DNA of 32,000 bases from an uncultured Nitrososphaerota archaeon. GTDB taxonomy: Archaea; Korarchaeota; Korarchaeia; Korarchaeales; Korarchaeaceae. The position numbers were made by a program, and so were the translations under genes. The stretch is from assembly GCA_964480775.1 (NCBI GenBank), contig CAYZRF010000011.1:1-32000 (forward strand). The letters run 5' to 3'. The notes below the pieces were generated by a model. It saw only the letters and a list, made by a program, of their open reading frames with translations. It had not been told where the DNA came from and did not search any database. Numbering within the stretch: the first letter of the stretch is position 1; each line of letters opens with the position of its first letter. Below are positions 16,917-25,238 of the stretch, piece by piece.

Positions 16917-17897
16917 TCAGTCTTTTAATGAGAAGATTGAAAGTGCCGTTTTCCAAATCTGATTGGCTCTATCCACCGCAGCATAATACAACCAAAGCTC
17001 ATCCTCCCTTAGAAGAGGGGAAGGGGTGTCTAAACCAATCTCGCTTTTTATATCTGGCATAATTTTCTTCTTCTCTAAAGGACCGTTAATAAGGATTCTT
17101 TTTTGGGCAATCTTCTCAAAAAATGGAGAAAAAGCTTCTACTATGCCAATATATTGTTTGTAGGGGAAACCCACCGAATACATTGAGGCAGCGGGTAAAA
17201 GATAGTGTCTGTCATCTAACCTGAAATAGCCAGGACAGAAAAGAGATTCGTTCCAAGTGCCCTTTCTACCGTTCAAGTGGCTGAGAGGATTTCTTTCCCA
17301 TCTCTTAACCCTAATTTCATCTTTCGATAAGATTTTTAGCCTCAATATGGATATACGTCTTCGTAGAAATCTTGATCCGCTTATGAAACGCAGGAGACGA
17401 TAAATCTTCCCCTTGTTTGAGGCGTTGCTGTAGTAAATTAAGTATTCCTCCTCATTCAGCTTAACTACTGATGGTCCAATATCTATGTCATTTCCCTCCC
17501 AATCATATGTCGGTCTAATTAGTTCCTTGACATACTTCCATGGGCCCAATGGATCCTCTGCGAAAGCTAAGCCCAACCTTCTGCCTTGTTCTTTGTTAGG
17601 TTTAAATGCAAAAACCATCCAGTATGTGTCTTTTACCTTGAACACTACTGGTGTTACAGTTTGCAGGCCAACGGATATTAGAGGATTTTCGTGACTCTTA
17701 GTGAAATTCACTCCATCAGAACTAGTAGCTACACCAATCGATGCCCTCTTGCGCTCAATGTCGGATGAACCAGAATAATAAAAGTAATAGGTGCCATCTT
17801 CATAAAAAATAGATCCAAAAGTAGAAGCCTTACTATCGAAATCCTCCTTTGAAGAAGGTTCTAAGATGACTCCCAAATGTTTCTTTAATTTGATCAT
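16917..17897 (-). CDS. five-bladed beta-propeller glycosidase/phosphorylase-like protein (GH43/GH130/DUF377-like)
   Basis: Repeated blade pattern: GTYYFYYSG...ASIGVATSSDGVNFTK..NPLI; YWMVFAF...LGLAFAEDPLGPWKY; EYLIYYSNAS; LWLYYAAVD. Confidence 0.5.
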   Translation of the reverse strand: MIKLKKHLGVILEPSSKEDFDSKASTFGSIFYEDGTYYFYYSGSSDIERKRASIGVATSSDGVNFTKSHENPLISVGLQTVTPVVFKVKDTYWMVFAFKPNKEQGRRLGLAFAEDPLGPWKYVKELIRPTYDWEGNDIDIGPSVVKLNEEEYLIYYSNASNKGKIYRLLRFISGSRFLRRRISILRLKILSKDEIRVKRWERNPLSHLNGRKGTWNESLFCPGYFRLDDRHYLLPAASMYSVGFPYKQYIGIVEAFSPFFEKIAQKRILINGPLEKKKIMPDIKSEIGLDTPSPLLREDELWLYYAAVDRANQIWKTALSIFSLKD

Positions 17898-18103
17898 GCT
17901 GTTCAGGGGGATCCCTCATACTATATAAAAACTCTATATGGAGTTTAAATTTTGCTTAAAATTTTAACAAAGAGTATAAGCTTAAACGTTCTTATGTACT
18001 CAGATGAGCGACTTTTTAGGAGCGATAGAAAAGGACGAAAATGAATCTAACTAAAACTCTTGAGAGATGTGTTGATTACAAGACTGTTTTAACAGAAGAT
18101 CAG

Positions 18104-18928
18104 TCAGAATCCCAATTGATTTCTAACTTTTTCCCAAAACCTCTTTTTCTGCATCTTGCTGACCCAATTGGCAATTTCCAAGCGCTCTACATCTTTGTGT
18201 CTCGCCCACCCCCAAAACATACTTAATCCAGCTCTTGGTGATCTTAGAAACGTTAACAGACACCTTCCCAAGGCATACTTCCAATCATACCCAAGCGCAT
18301 ACATTGCTTTGCCCAAATAACCGGCTTTTCTAAGAGAAGTGGTTCTCTTAACCTCAGTTACTATGTCTCCAAAGCACCTTGTTTCATATCCTCTCTCAAG
18401 GGCCTTTAAGTAGAGCCACGCCTCCCACCCCCAAGCAACTGGATACTGCATGTTGCTTTCTTTTTTCCAAAAAGAAGCTCTTACAATTCTTCCAGATCCT
18501 CTTGGAACCTGCTCGTCATATGGTTCACCCTTTATCCTTCCACTTGCTACAACAAGTTTGGGGTTTGCTTCCATTCTTGAGACTATTTTTCTAACGTAAT
18601 CTGGAGGTAATGGATGATCTGCTCCGACAATTAGAACATAGTCGTAATCTTCTTCTCTCGCTACCTTCAGTCCTACATTTACTCTTTCTGCGAGTTCAGG
18701 TCTTCCAACGTAACTTTCTTCATGGTATGGTAGGTCGATGACGAAACACCCCATCTCTCTTGCAATGTCTCCAGTCCCATCTGTTGACCCATCATCAACT
18801 AATATTATGTCAACAGGCATTGTTTGGCTCTTAAGAGAAGTTATAGTATCTCTAATGTAATTTTTTTCGTTTCTAGCAAAGATTATAGCTACTACTCTGG
18901 CTCTTCCTTTGATTTTTTTATAATTCAA
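18104..18928 (-). CDS. family 2 glycosyltransferase (GT-A fold)
   Basis: VVAIIFARNEKNYIRDTITSL...ILVDDGSTDGT and a GADHPLP region. The only possible start is TTG 18928, 5 nt after GGAGGGT. Confidence 0.75.
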   Translation of the reverse strand: MNYKKIKGRARVVAIIFARNEKNYIRDTITSLKSQTMPVDIILVDDGSTDGTGDIAREMGCFVIDLPYHEESYVGRPELAERVNVGLKVAREEDYDYVLIVGADHPLPPDYVRKIVSRMEANPKLVVASGRIKGEPYDEQVPRGSGRIVRASFWKKESNMQYPVAWGWEAWLYLKALERGYETRCFGDIVTEVKRTTSLRKAGYLGKAMYALGYDWKYALGRCLLTFLRSPRAGLSMFWGWARHKDVERLEIANWVSKMQKKRFWEKVRNQLGF

Positions 18929-19093
18929 TCTTGACCCTCCTTCAAGATCCTCAACAAAGCCCTTCTTATGACTTTTGAGTATTCAAGGCCTTTTTGTTTG
19001 CAGACTTCATTGATTTCATATCGTATATCTTTTTAATGGTTGGCTTGCTTGGAAATAAGAAAAAGGCACGCAGATACGTTAATTTGACCTTCA

Positions 19094-19140
19094 CTTCTAT
19101 TTCAATGGATTTAAGCTAAGTTTTACCTTCTAAATAGAAG
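19094..19140 (-). terminator. inverted repeat just downstream of the MPE stop (possible terminator/RNA-stabilising hairpin)
   Basis: 9-bp arms CTTCTATTT (19094-19102) and AAATAGAAG (19132-19140) with a 29-nt loop. A T5 tract follows on the minus strand (CCTTTTTCTT). Confidence 0.3.
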
Positions 19141-19141
19141 T

Positions 19142-19900
19142 TTAGATGTTTAACATAAAAAATCTCCTTAAATCTTTCAATAAACCGAAATCATAAGCTC
19201 CTCCTCTTTCATCGACAACAACAACTCTAAAGGAAGAGAGCTCAATGCCTTTCAGTAGGGGAGAAAAGGGAAGAGGCTTAATGCTAACATCGGCTCCTGG
19301 TGCGAGAGGTGAAATAGCTGGTATGATGATGAAGTGCGAGTTTCCCACTTTTCCAGCTAAATGACATTTGAATTTGGTTTTAGCACCTATTTCATCCCTA
19401 AAAGTTACCGCTGGATGCTCATGTCCCATGATTATAACCCTTGCTCTTTTGAGAACCTCATTTGGAACTTCTTTGTGGCCATGAGCAAAAAAATAATCCT
19501 TGATGAGAAGGTAAGGATCATAAAAAGGTACTTCCCTTCTTTTTAGTATGGGAATTAGGTAATTATCATGGTTTCCTCTGACAACGCGAAGTTCTACTCT
19601 CTCTTGAAGTGTATCGAGTAGGTCAAGCACCTCCACCCATTCTTGCCTACTTGCTCCACCAAACTCGTGTTTCACGTCTCCAACGATGATTAAAAGCTCA
19701 GGATCGAGCTCCTCCAAAAGATATAGTATCTTTTGCTTTATTTTTGGATATTGGCTCTTGGGAAGGTGTATTCCCGATTCAAGAAGAGCCTCCTCATAGC
19801 CAATATGAAGATCAGCTATCGCCAAGGCGTTGATTTCATTAATGAAAACCCCGTAGGGAACTGCTTCAACCCCTTCTACTATTTCCATCCTATGTAGCAT
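19142..19900 (-). CDS. calcineurin-like metallophosphoesterase, Lhr-associated MPE type
   Basis: Motifs IADLHIGYE, VGDVKHEF, GNHDN, GHEHP. The start overlaps the Lhr 3' end by 11 nt. Confidence 0.8.
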   Translation of the reverse strand: MLHRMEIVEGVEAVPYGVFINEINALAIADLHIGYEEALLESGIHLPKSQYPKIKQKILYLLEELDPELLIIVGDVKHEFGGASRQEWVEVLDLLDTLQERVELRVVRGNHDNYLIPILKRREVPFYDPYLLIKDYFFAHGHKEVPNEVLKRARVIIMGHEHPAVTFRDEIGAKTKFKCHLAGKVGNSHFIIIPAISPLAPGADVSIKPLPFSPLLKGIELSSFRVVVVDERGGAYDFGLLKDLRRFFMLNI

Positions 19901-22538
19901 AAGATCTCCTCTCTATAATCTTCATAACCATGTGATGAAGCCTTGCAAGCATCTCCCTCTTACTCTCCATTAGGACGATGTCACTCATGCCCTGAAGCAC
20001 TATGTTATGGGAGAAGGGAGACGGAACAGTTGTTGGCCTAAGCATGACTACTTGTATATCTCCTTTGCGTATCTTCCTAAGCACTTCCATAGCGTTCCTT
20101 ACATCCATAAAGTCCTCCAAGATCTCCCTAAATGTCTCCTTTACCATCGGGAACTCCCTTAATTCCCTAACTGCTCCTAAGATCTTCTTTGAGTTAAACT
20201 GCCTCCTTCTTATACTCGTTTCTATTCCTTTGTAACGTCTGAGAAGCATCAAACCCCTTGTTGCCACATGTCTGAACCTTCTTTCAAAGAGTTCAGTCCT
20301 CTCTATGGCTTTCTTAAGTATAGAAGGTAAGTCTTCTGGCTTTATATCCATTAAGTAGGAGTGAGAAACCTGAACGCCAGGAGGATATACGACGGCAAAT
20401 CCATGGTCTCCAACGATTATCCCTAAGTTCCTCCTCACCCTCCTTCCAGCTAGATAGGCAACGGCTCTTGAGAGGGCATCGTTAACCCGTCTCCCGAAGA
20501 GAGCGTGATAGACCACATACTTCTTGCCATCTTCATCAACGAAGACCTCAACCAAAAGTACCCTATCTGAAGGATATTTTCTTACCCCTCTGGATTTCAG
20601 GTACAGCCACTCCTCTGTAAAGTATTGGAGAATTGCGTTTGCTATGTTATGATCTGCTTTGCAATTCTTCATTATCCAATTCACAGTTTTATGGCCCTTA
20701 ACTCCCTTCTCCAGCCACTCGAACATCTTTCCCCTGAACCTTGAGATCTCCAGGGCCAGATCGTAGCTTAAAGGCAGCATCTCGCTGAACCAGCTGGGAA
20801 CAGTTGGTTTCTCATCGTAGGCAGGCATGACCACAGCTGTAAAGCCCCTCACCGTCTTGACGAACTCGTAAACCTTTCCTCCAAGGACAAACCTATCTCC
20901 AGGCATCAATCGCTCAAGGAACTCCTCCTCTATGCTGCCAAGCTTCTTACCACCCAGGGTTCTTACCCTTACCCTTACCTCATCAGGAATCGTACCGACG
21001 TTTTGGGAGTAAATGGCCCTTGCAAGCTTGCCCCTCCTTCCGAAAACCCCCTCCTCGGGGTCATACCATATCTTCCCGTAAACCTTGTACATCTCCATCT
21101 GGGAGTAGGCGCCAGACAGGTATCTGAGCACTCTTTCAAAGTCCTTCCTATCGAGATCTTTGTATGGATATGCCCTTCTAACGAGTTCATATGCTTCTTC
21201 TACGTTCCACTTCTGCTCAATTGCCATGCCAGCTATATGCTGTGCCAGAACGTCTAGGGCATTTCTTGGCATGTGGGCCCTGTCCAAGTGCCCTGACATC
21301 GCCTCCTTCAGCATTATTGCGACTTCAACAGCATCGTCCCTATCTGAGCAGATGAAGACTCCTTTGCTCACCTCCCCAAGCCTGTGACCAGCCCTCCCAA
21401 CCCTCTGTATCGCTCGAGTTACCGATTTGGGGGAGCCAAGCTGAACAACGAGATCTATGTAACCTATGTCTATCCCTAGTTCCAAGCTTGTTGAGCTCAC
21501 GATTGCCCTCAACTCTCCGCTCTTAAGCTTCTCCTCCACGTCATGCCTTACGCCCCTTGAAAGCGAGCCATGATGGGCAGCAACATCGTCCTTCTCTATC
21601 TCCTCCACGTAAAGTGGGAGGAGCTGTCTCAGCCTAAATGCAACCCTTTCAGCCCCGCTTCTGGTGTTGGTGAAGATGAGAGTTGTCCTGTGTTTCCTAA
21701 TTAGGTCGCAGAGGAACTTGTACATCTCCTCGTTTATCACATTAAAAGGGGTGTAAATCAGATCCGAGACAGGAGCCATCACCTGCAGATCCATTTTCTT
21801 GGCGTAGGTCGTGTCGACGATGAGGCAATCCCTTGGTTTCCCGTCTTTATAGCCAACTAAGAATTTTGCAACCTCTTCAAGCGGGTTTATCGTTGCAGAA
21901 AGGCCTATCCTTACGAAAGGTCTGCCTACAAGGTGCTCCAGTCTCTCTAGAGAGAGACTAAGGTGAACGCCCCTCTTGCTTTCTACCAAGCTGTGTATCT
22001 CGTCCACTATGACCCATCTAAGATTCCTGAACTTCTCCCTAAACTTAGGAGCTACTAACGTTATGGCTAGGGTTTCTGGGGTGGTGATGAGTATGTGAGG
22101 GGGCTTCCTCAGCATCTTCTGCCTCTCACTCGTGCTAGTATCCCCCGTCCTCACAGCATGCCTTATCTCAGGAATTTCAATCCCCTTCTTCTTCGCAAGC
22201 TCACGTATCTCTTCCAACGGCACCTTCAGGTTTCTGTAGATGTCATTGTCCAGAGCTCTTAGAGGGGAGACGTAGACGGCATACACGAAATCTTCCAGCT
22301 CACCTTTCCGAGCCATAGAAAGGAGCTCGCTTATTATTCCGATAAAAGCGGTCAGAGTTTTTCCTGAGCCAGTAGGGCTTGAGACAAGCACATTATTCCC
22401 TTCATGTATCGGAATTACTGCATACCTCTGAGGGGGAGTCAAGTCCTTGAAGTGGGATTCGAACCACTCGGAGACGAGCGGATCGAGCACAGAGAGCACT
22501 TCTTCCTTAGTATACTGTCTGGTTGCCCTCCTTATCAA
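19890..22538 (-). CDS. lhr: Lhr-type (Lhr-core) SF2 DEAD/DEAH-box helicase
   Basis: Motif I SSPTGSGKT, motif II VIVDEIHSL, motif III GLSATI, motif VI QRVGRAGH, then the long WH/DEAD_assoc-like C-terminal half typical of Lhr. The start is TTG 22538 (stop two codons upstream), with an alternative GTG 13 codons in. Confidence 0.85.
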   Translation of the reverse strand: MIRRATRQYTKEEVLSVLDPLVSEWFESHFKDLTPPQRYAVIPIHEGNNVLVSSPTGSGKTLTAFIGIISELLSMARKGELEDFVYAVYVSPLRALDNDIYRNLKVPLEEIRELAKKKGIEIPEIRHAVRTGDTSTSERQKMLRKPPHILITTPETLAITLVAPKFREKFRNLRWVIVDEIHSLVESKRGVHLSLSLERLEHLVGRPFVRIGLSATINPLEEVAKFLVGYKDGKPRDCLIVDTTYAKKMDLQVMAPVSDLIYTPFNVINEEMYKFLCDLIRKHRTTLIFTNTRSGAERVAFRLRQLLPLYVEEIEKDDVAAHHGSLSRGVRHDVEEKLKSGELRAIVSSTSLELGIDIGYIDLVVQLGSPKSVTRAIQRVGRAGHRLGEVSKGVFICSDRDDAVEVAIMLKEAMSGHLDRAHMPRNALDVLAQHIAGMAIEQKWNVEEAYELVRRAYPYKDLDRKDFERVLRYLSGAYSQMEMYKVYGKIWYDPEEGVFGRRGKLARAIYSQNVGTIPDEVRVRVRTLGGKKLGSIEEEFLERLMPGDRFVLGGKVYEFVKTVRGFTAVVMPAYDEKPTVPSWFSEMLPLSYDLALEISRFRGKMFEWLEKGVKGHKTVNWIMKNCKADHNIANAILQYFTEEWLYLKSRGVRKYPSDRVLLVEVFVDEDGKKYVVYHALFGRRVNDALSRAVAYLAGRRVRRNLGIIVGDHGFAVVYPPGVQVSHSYLMDIKPEDLPSILKKAIERTELFERRFRHVATRGLMLLRRYKGIETSIRRRQFNSKKILGAVRELREFPMVKETFREILEDFMDVRNAMEVLRKIRKGDIQVVMLRPTTVPSPFSHNIVLQGMSDIVLMESKREMLARLHHMVMKIIERRSYAT

Positions 22539-22584
22539 ATTGAATCAAGTAACCTAAGTGAGCTGGATAAAAAAGTGAAATGGG

Positions 22585-23868
22585 TCACTTTAACAGCTCG
22601 GACTCGTACTTTTTCAGGTACTCTACCGCATCAGAGATGTTTCTGAACAGGGATTTCACTTCTTCCACGTCCTTTGCCGATATCTTGTCCCTTCCCTCGG
22701 CCCTTGCCCTGACACCAGCTATACTCAATATCTGTACAGCGTGTCGGAGCGAGGTAGCACCTCCTATCTCCTTTAGAAGGGCTAAGGCCTCGTCATCAGC
22801 CTTGATATCCTCTTCCTTCATTCTTATCCTTAGAATCTCCTCTATCTCGTCCGGCTTATACTTCTCAGTGGTTATGATGACCGTCCTGTCAAGCAGGTCT
22901 AGAGGAAGTCCGAAGGGCGCCTTCTCATTTGTTCCCCTTATTGTTGTTATGCCCCTGTTCGTCGCCATGACTATTATCGGCACTAGCTCCCCTTCCATGG
23001 CCCTCGTAAGGAAGCTCAAAGCCTCGATGTCCATCATGTGGACATTGTCTATGAAAAGGACCCCTGGTATTATCTCGGCCCTCCTTTGCTCAACCCACTC
23101 CTTGACCTGCTGGTCAACGGCGGCCCTTACCTCAGGGTCGATCTCCTTCTCCGCTGTTCCTCCGAAAAGCAGTGAGAAGAATCCACCACCCCTCCTCTTC
23201 ATGAAGATCTCGTCTAGGTCTGCTAGGGTGAGGGTATAGACGAACTCCTTCTTCTTAAGGACGGGACCGCTGGGCCTTGGAACTACCTCCGCCTCTCCCA
23301 CATCGTACCTCTTTCCTACTTTCTCAGAGACGCCAACCCTAGATATCCTTCCAGTATCGGCGTCTATCTGAATTACGTCGCCTTCCCTTATCCCGTTTTG
23401 CACGACGGTGTAGGCAACTGACTGTCCAGCTTCGATTGTCTTCTTCTCATCTTTCGTCTCAAGTGTTATCCTCACGCTTTCAGGGACCTTCTGATAAGGG
23501 TTGTAGGGGTTTGAGGTCCACCTGACGTGTATATCCGTTACCTCGCCCTCATAGATATCTCTCATTTCCCTTATCCTCACGCCTATTGCCTGTCTTATTG
23601 CATCCATGAGCACATCAGTCTTCTTCCTTTCTGCGCTGTATATCTCAGAACCAGTTATAGCTATGAAAGGCACATCTCTTCCAAGCTCTCTTGCCATTGC
23701 TACCGCAATCGCAGTTTTTCCCGTTCCTGGAGGGCCAGCTAGCAAGACTGCCTTCCCTGCGAGCTTCCCCTCTTTTGCCATGTTAACTATGAGGCCAGCT
23801 GCCTCCCTAGCCCTTGTCTGTCCGACCATCCCGTCAGCTACCCTGAGTGCCTTCATGTTCTCATCCAA
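22585..23868 (-). CDS. TIP49 / RuvB-like (Pontin-Reptin family) AAA+ ATPase with OB-fold domain II insertion
   Basis: End-to-end collinearity with eukaryotic RUVBL1/2: VGQTRAREAAG, Walker A LLAGPPGTGKT, the domain II insert, Walker B region VLFIDNVHMMD, sensor 1 MATNRG, PLDLLDR and sensor 2 TSLRHAVQ. The coordinates follow the ORF track (TTG 23868). The conserved motif RRIGAHSHIRGLGLD is encoded in frame upstream, up to 23952, so the true 5' end is probably 23937-23952. Confidence 0.85.
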   Translation of the reverse strand: MDENMKALRVADGMVGQTRAREAAGLIVNMAKEGKLAGKAVLLAGPPGTGKTAIAVAMARELGRDVPFIAITGSEIYSAERKKTDVLMDAIRQAIGVRIREMRDIYEGEVTDIHVRWTSNPYNPYQKVPESVRITLETKDEKKTIEAGQSVAYTVVQNGIREGDVIQIDADTGRISRVGVSEKVGKRYDVGEAEVVPRPSGPVLKKKEFVYTLTLADLDEIFMKRRGGGFFSLLFGGTAEKEIDPEVRAAVDQQVKEWVEQRRAEIIPGVLFIDNVHMMDIEALSFLTRAMEGELVPIIVMATNRGITTIRGTNEKAPFGLPLDLLDRTVIITTEKYKPDEIEEILRIRMKEEDIKADDEALALLKEIGGATSLRHAVQILSIAGVRARAEGRDKISAKDVEEVKSLFRNISDAVEYLKKYESELLK

Positions 23869-24013
23869 ACCGAGCCCTCTTATGTGGCTGTGGGCTCCTA
23901 TTCTTCTGGAAATAACTCTGACAGCTGATTCCCCTATGTCGGACAGTTTAACTCACCCCCTTGCTCCAACACCAATTCTTCAATAAAGCTATTATGAGAA
24001 GTTGATCTGTCGC

Positions 24014-24043
24014 GTTTAAATACGTTTTTGTTACTTTTGTTAC
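24014..24043 (+). promoter_or_regulatory. candidate TATA box (GTTTAAATAC) plus tandem 9-bp direct repeat TTTTGTTAC x2 directly upstream of the HTH-MNT gene
   Basis: TTTAAATA lies at 24015-24022, about 26-33 nt before ATG 24048, consistent with a leaderless mRNA. The exact repeats at 24026-24034 and 24035-24043 lie between the TATA box and the start, a typical operator position. Confidence 0.4.
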
Positions 24044-24047
24044 CTAT

Positions 24048-24629
24048 ATGGATTATGAGGAACTTATTACTCCAAAGGAGGCAAGGGCAATACTAAGGGT
24101 TAGCAACAAGACTCTTTGGTCGTGGCATAAAAAAGGGATAATCAGGACCGTTAGACTCCCAAGTGGAAGATTGCGTTACTACAAGAGCGATATAGAAGCC
24201 ATTGTAAGGGGGAAGAAGAGGGAAAATCTGTTAGAAAAGCTAAGAAACGCTCTTGTACATGAAGAAAACGTGTTAATAGCATATCTATACGGATCAAGAG
24301 CCAGGGGAGATTTTCAAGAGGAAAGCGATGTAGACGTTGCCGTTCTAGTAAAGGATCCACCAACTCCAGAGGAAAATCCATTCTATGAGACCGAGCTTTC
24401 GCTTAGGCTAAGTAAAGCAGTTGGAAAAGATGTAGAGGTCAGACTCCTTAACGATAAGCCCCTAATTTTCCTTTGCCAAGTTCTAAAACATGGAAAACTA
24501 ATAATTTCCAAGGATGAAAAGACTAGAGTAAAATTCGAAGCATATACTTTGGACAGATGCTTTGATTTCAAGCCAATCCTCGATTCATATAACAGGATGA
24601 GAGAAAGGAGGATAGAGGCATGGAAATAG
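24048..24629 (+). CDS. MNT-type nucleotidyltransferase antitoxin fused to an N-terminal excisionase/MerR-like HTH
   Basis: N-terminus LITPKEARAILRVSNKTLWSWHKKGIIRTVRLPSGRLRYYKSDIEAIV (HTH_17-like). Minimal NTase motif LYGSRARGDFQEESDVDVAVLV. 10-nt overlap with the downstream HEPN gene. Confidence 0.8.
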   Translation: MDYEELITPKEARAILRVSNKTLWSWHKKGIIRTVRLPSGRLRYYKSDIEAIVRGKKRENLLEKLRNALVHEENVLIAYLYGSRARGDFQEESDVDVAVLVKDPPTPEENPFYETELSLRLSKAVGKDVEVRLLNDKPLIFLCQVLKHGKLIISKDEKTRVKFEAYTLDRCFDFKPILDSYNRMRERRIEAWK

Positions 24630-25045
24630 ATAGAGAACTGATTCACCTCAGGATAGACTTAATTGAGAGAAACCTGAAGTTGTTGGAAGAGATAGCATCC
24701 GAAGGATACGAAAGCTTCGAGAGGAGTTACAGGGACATAATGGCATCCAAACACGCCTTGCTAGAGTCGATAGAAGCTTGTATTGATATCGCTAACCACA
24801 TAATAGCTGTAAAGAGGTATAGAAGGCCAAAAGATTACGTCGATATATTCAAGATCTTGGAAGAAGAGAAGATAATAGACAAGGACCTTTCCGAAAGGCT
24901 ACAAAGGATGGCTAAGTTCAGAAACATCTTAGTCCACAGATATACAGAGATAGAAACTCGTAAGCTTTATACCATAATGACTAAGGATGTCAAAGACATT
25001 GTTTCCTTCGTGAAGACCATACTTGAATTGATTAGAAGAAAGTAA
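24620..25045 (+). CDS. HEPN (DUF86) toxin of a HEPN/MNT module
   Basis: R-x4-H motif in KFRNILVHRY. About 140 aa, all-helical, and cognate to the upstream MNT gene. Confidence 0.8.
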   Translation: MEIDRELIHLRIDLIERNLKLLEEIASEGYESFERSYRDIMASKHALLESIEACIDIANHIIAVKRYRRPKDYVDIFKILEEEKIIDKDLSERLQRMAKFRNILVHRYTEIETRKLYTIMTKDVKDIVSFVKTILELIRRK

Positions 25046-25238
25046 GTCCTTGAGCCTGATTATGGTCTTAAAAGCTTGCTGAGAGACCTTTTATCCGTTA
25101 ACGATTCTCCTTCTAAAGTATTATCAGCTGTACAATAACGCTCAAGTATGAACCCAAAACATACAAACACTCTTTTACCCAATTCAGATTTTCCGCACAT
25201 TTATAGCAAATACTGATCCAGAAAACGAGGAGAGGAAG

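Noticed and set aside
22580-23239. 219-aa plus-strand ORF (also 23606-23986, 126 aa)
   Set aside because: It lies entirely antisense to the strongly conserved TIP49 gene. The translation is low-complexity and S/L/A-rich with no motifs, a typical shadow ORF.
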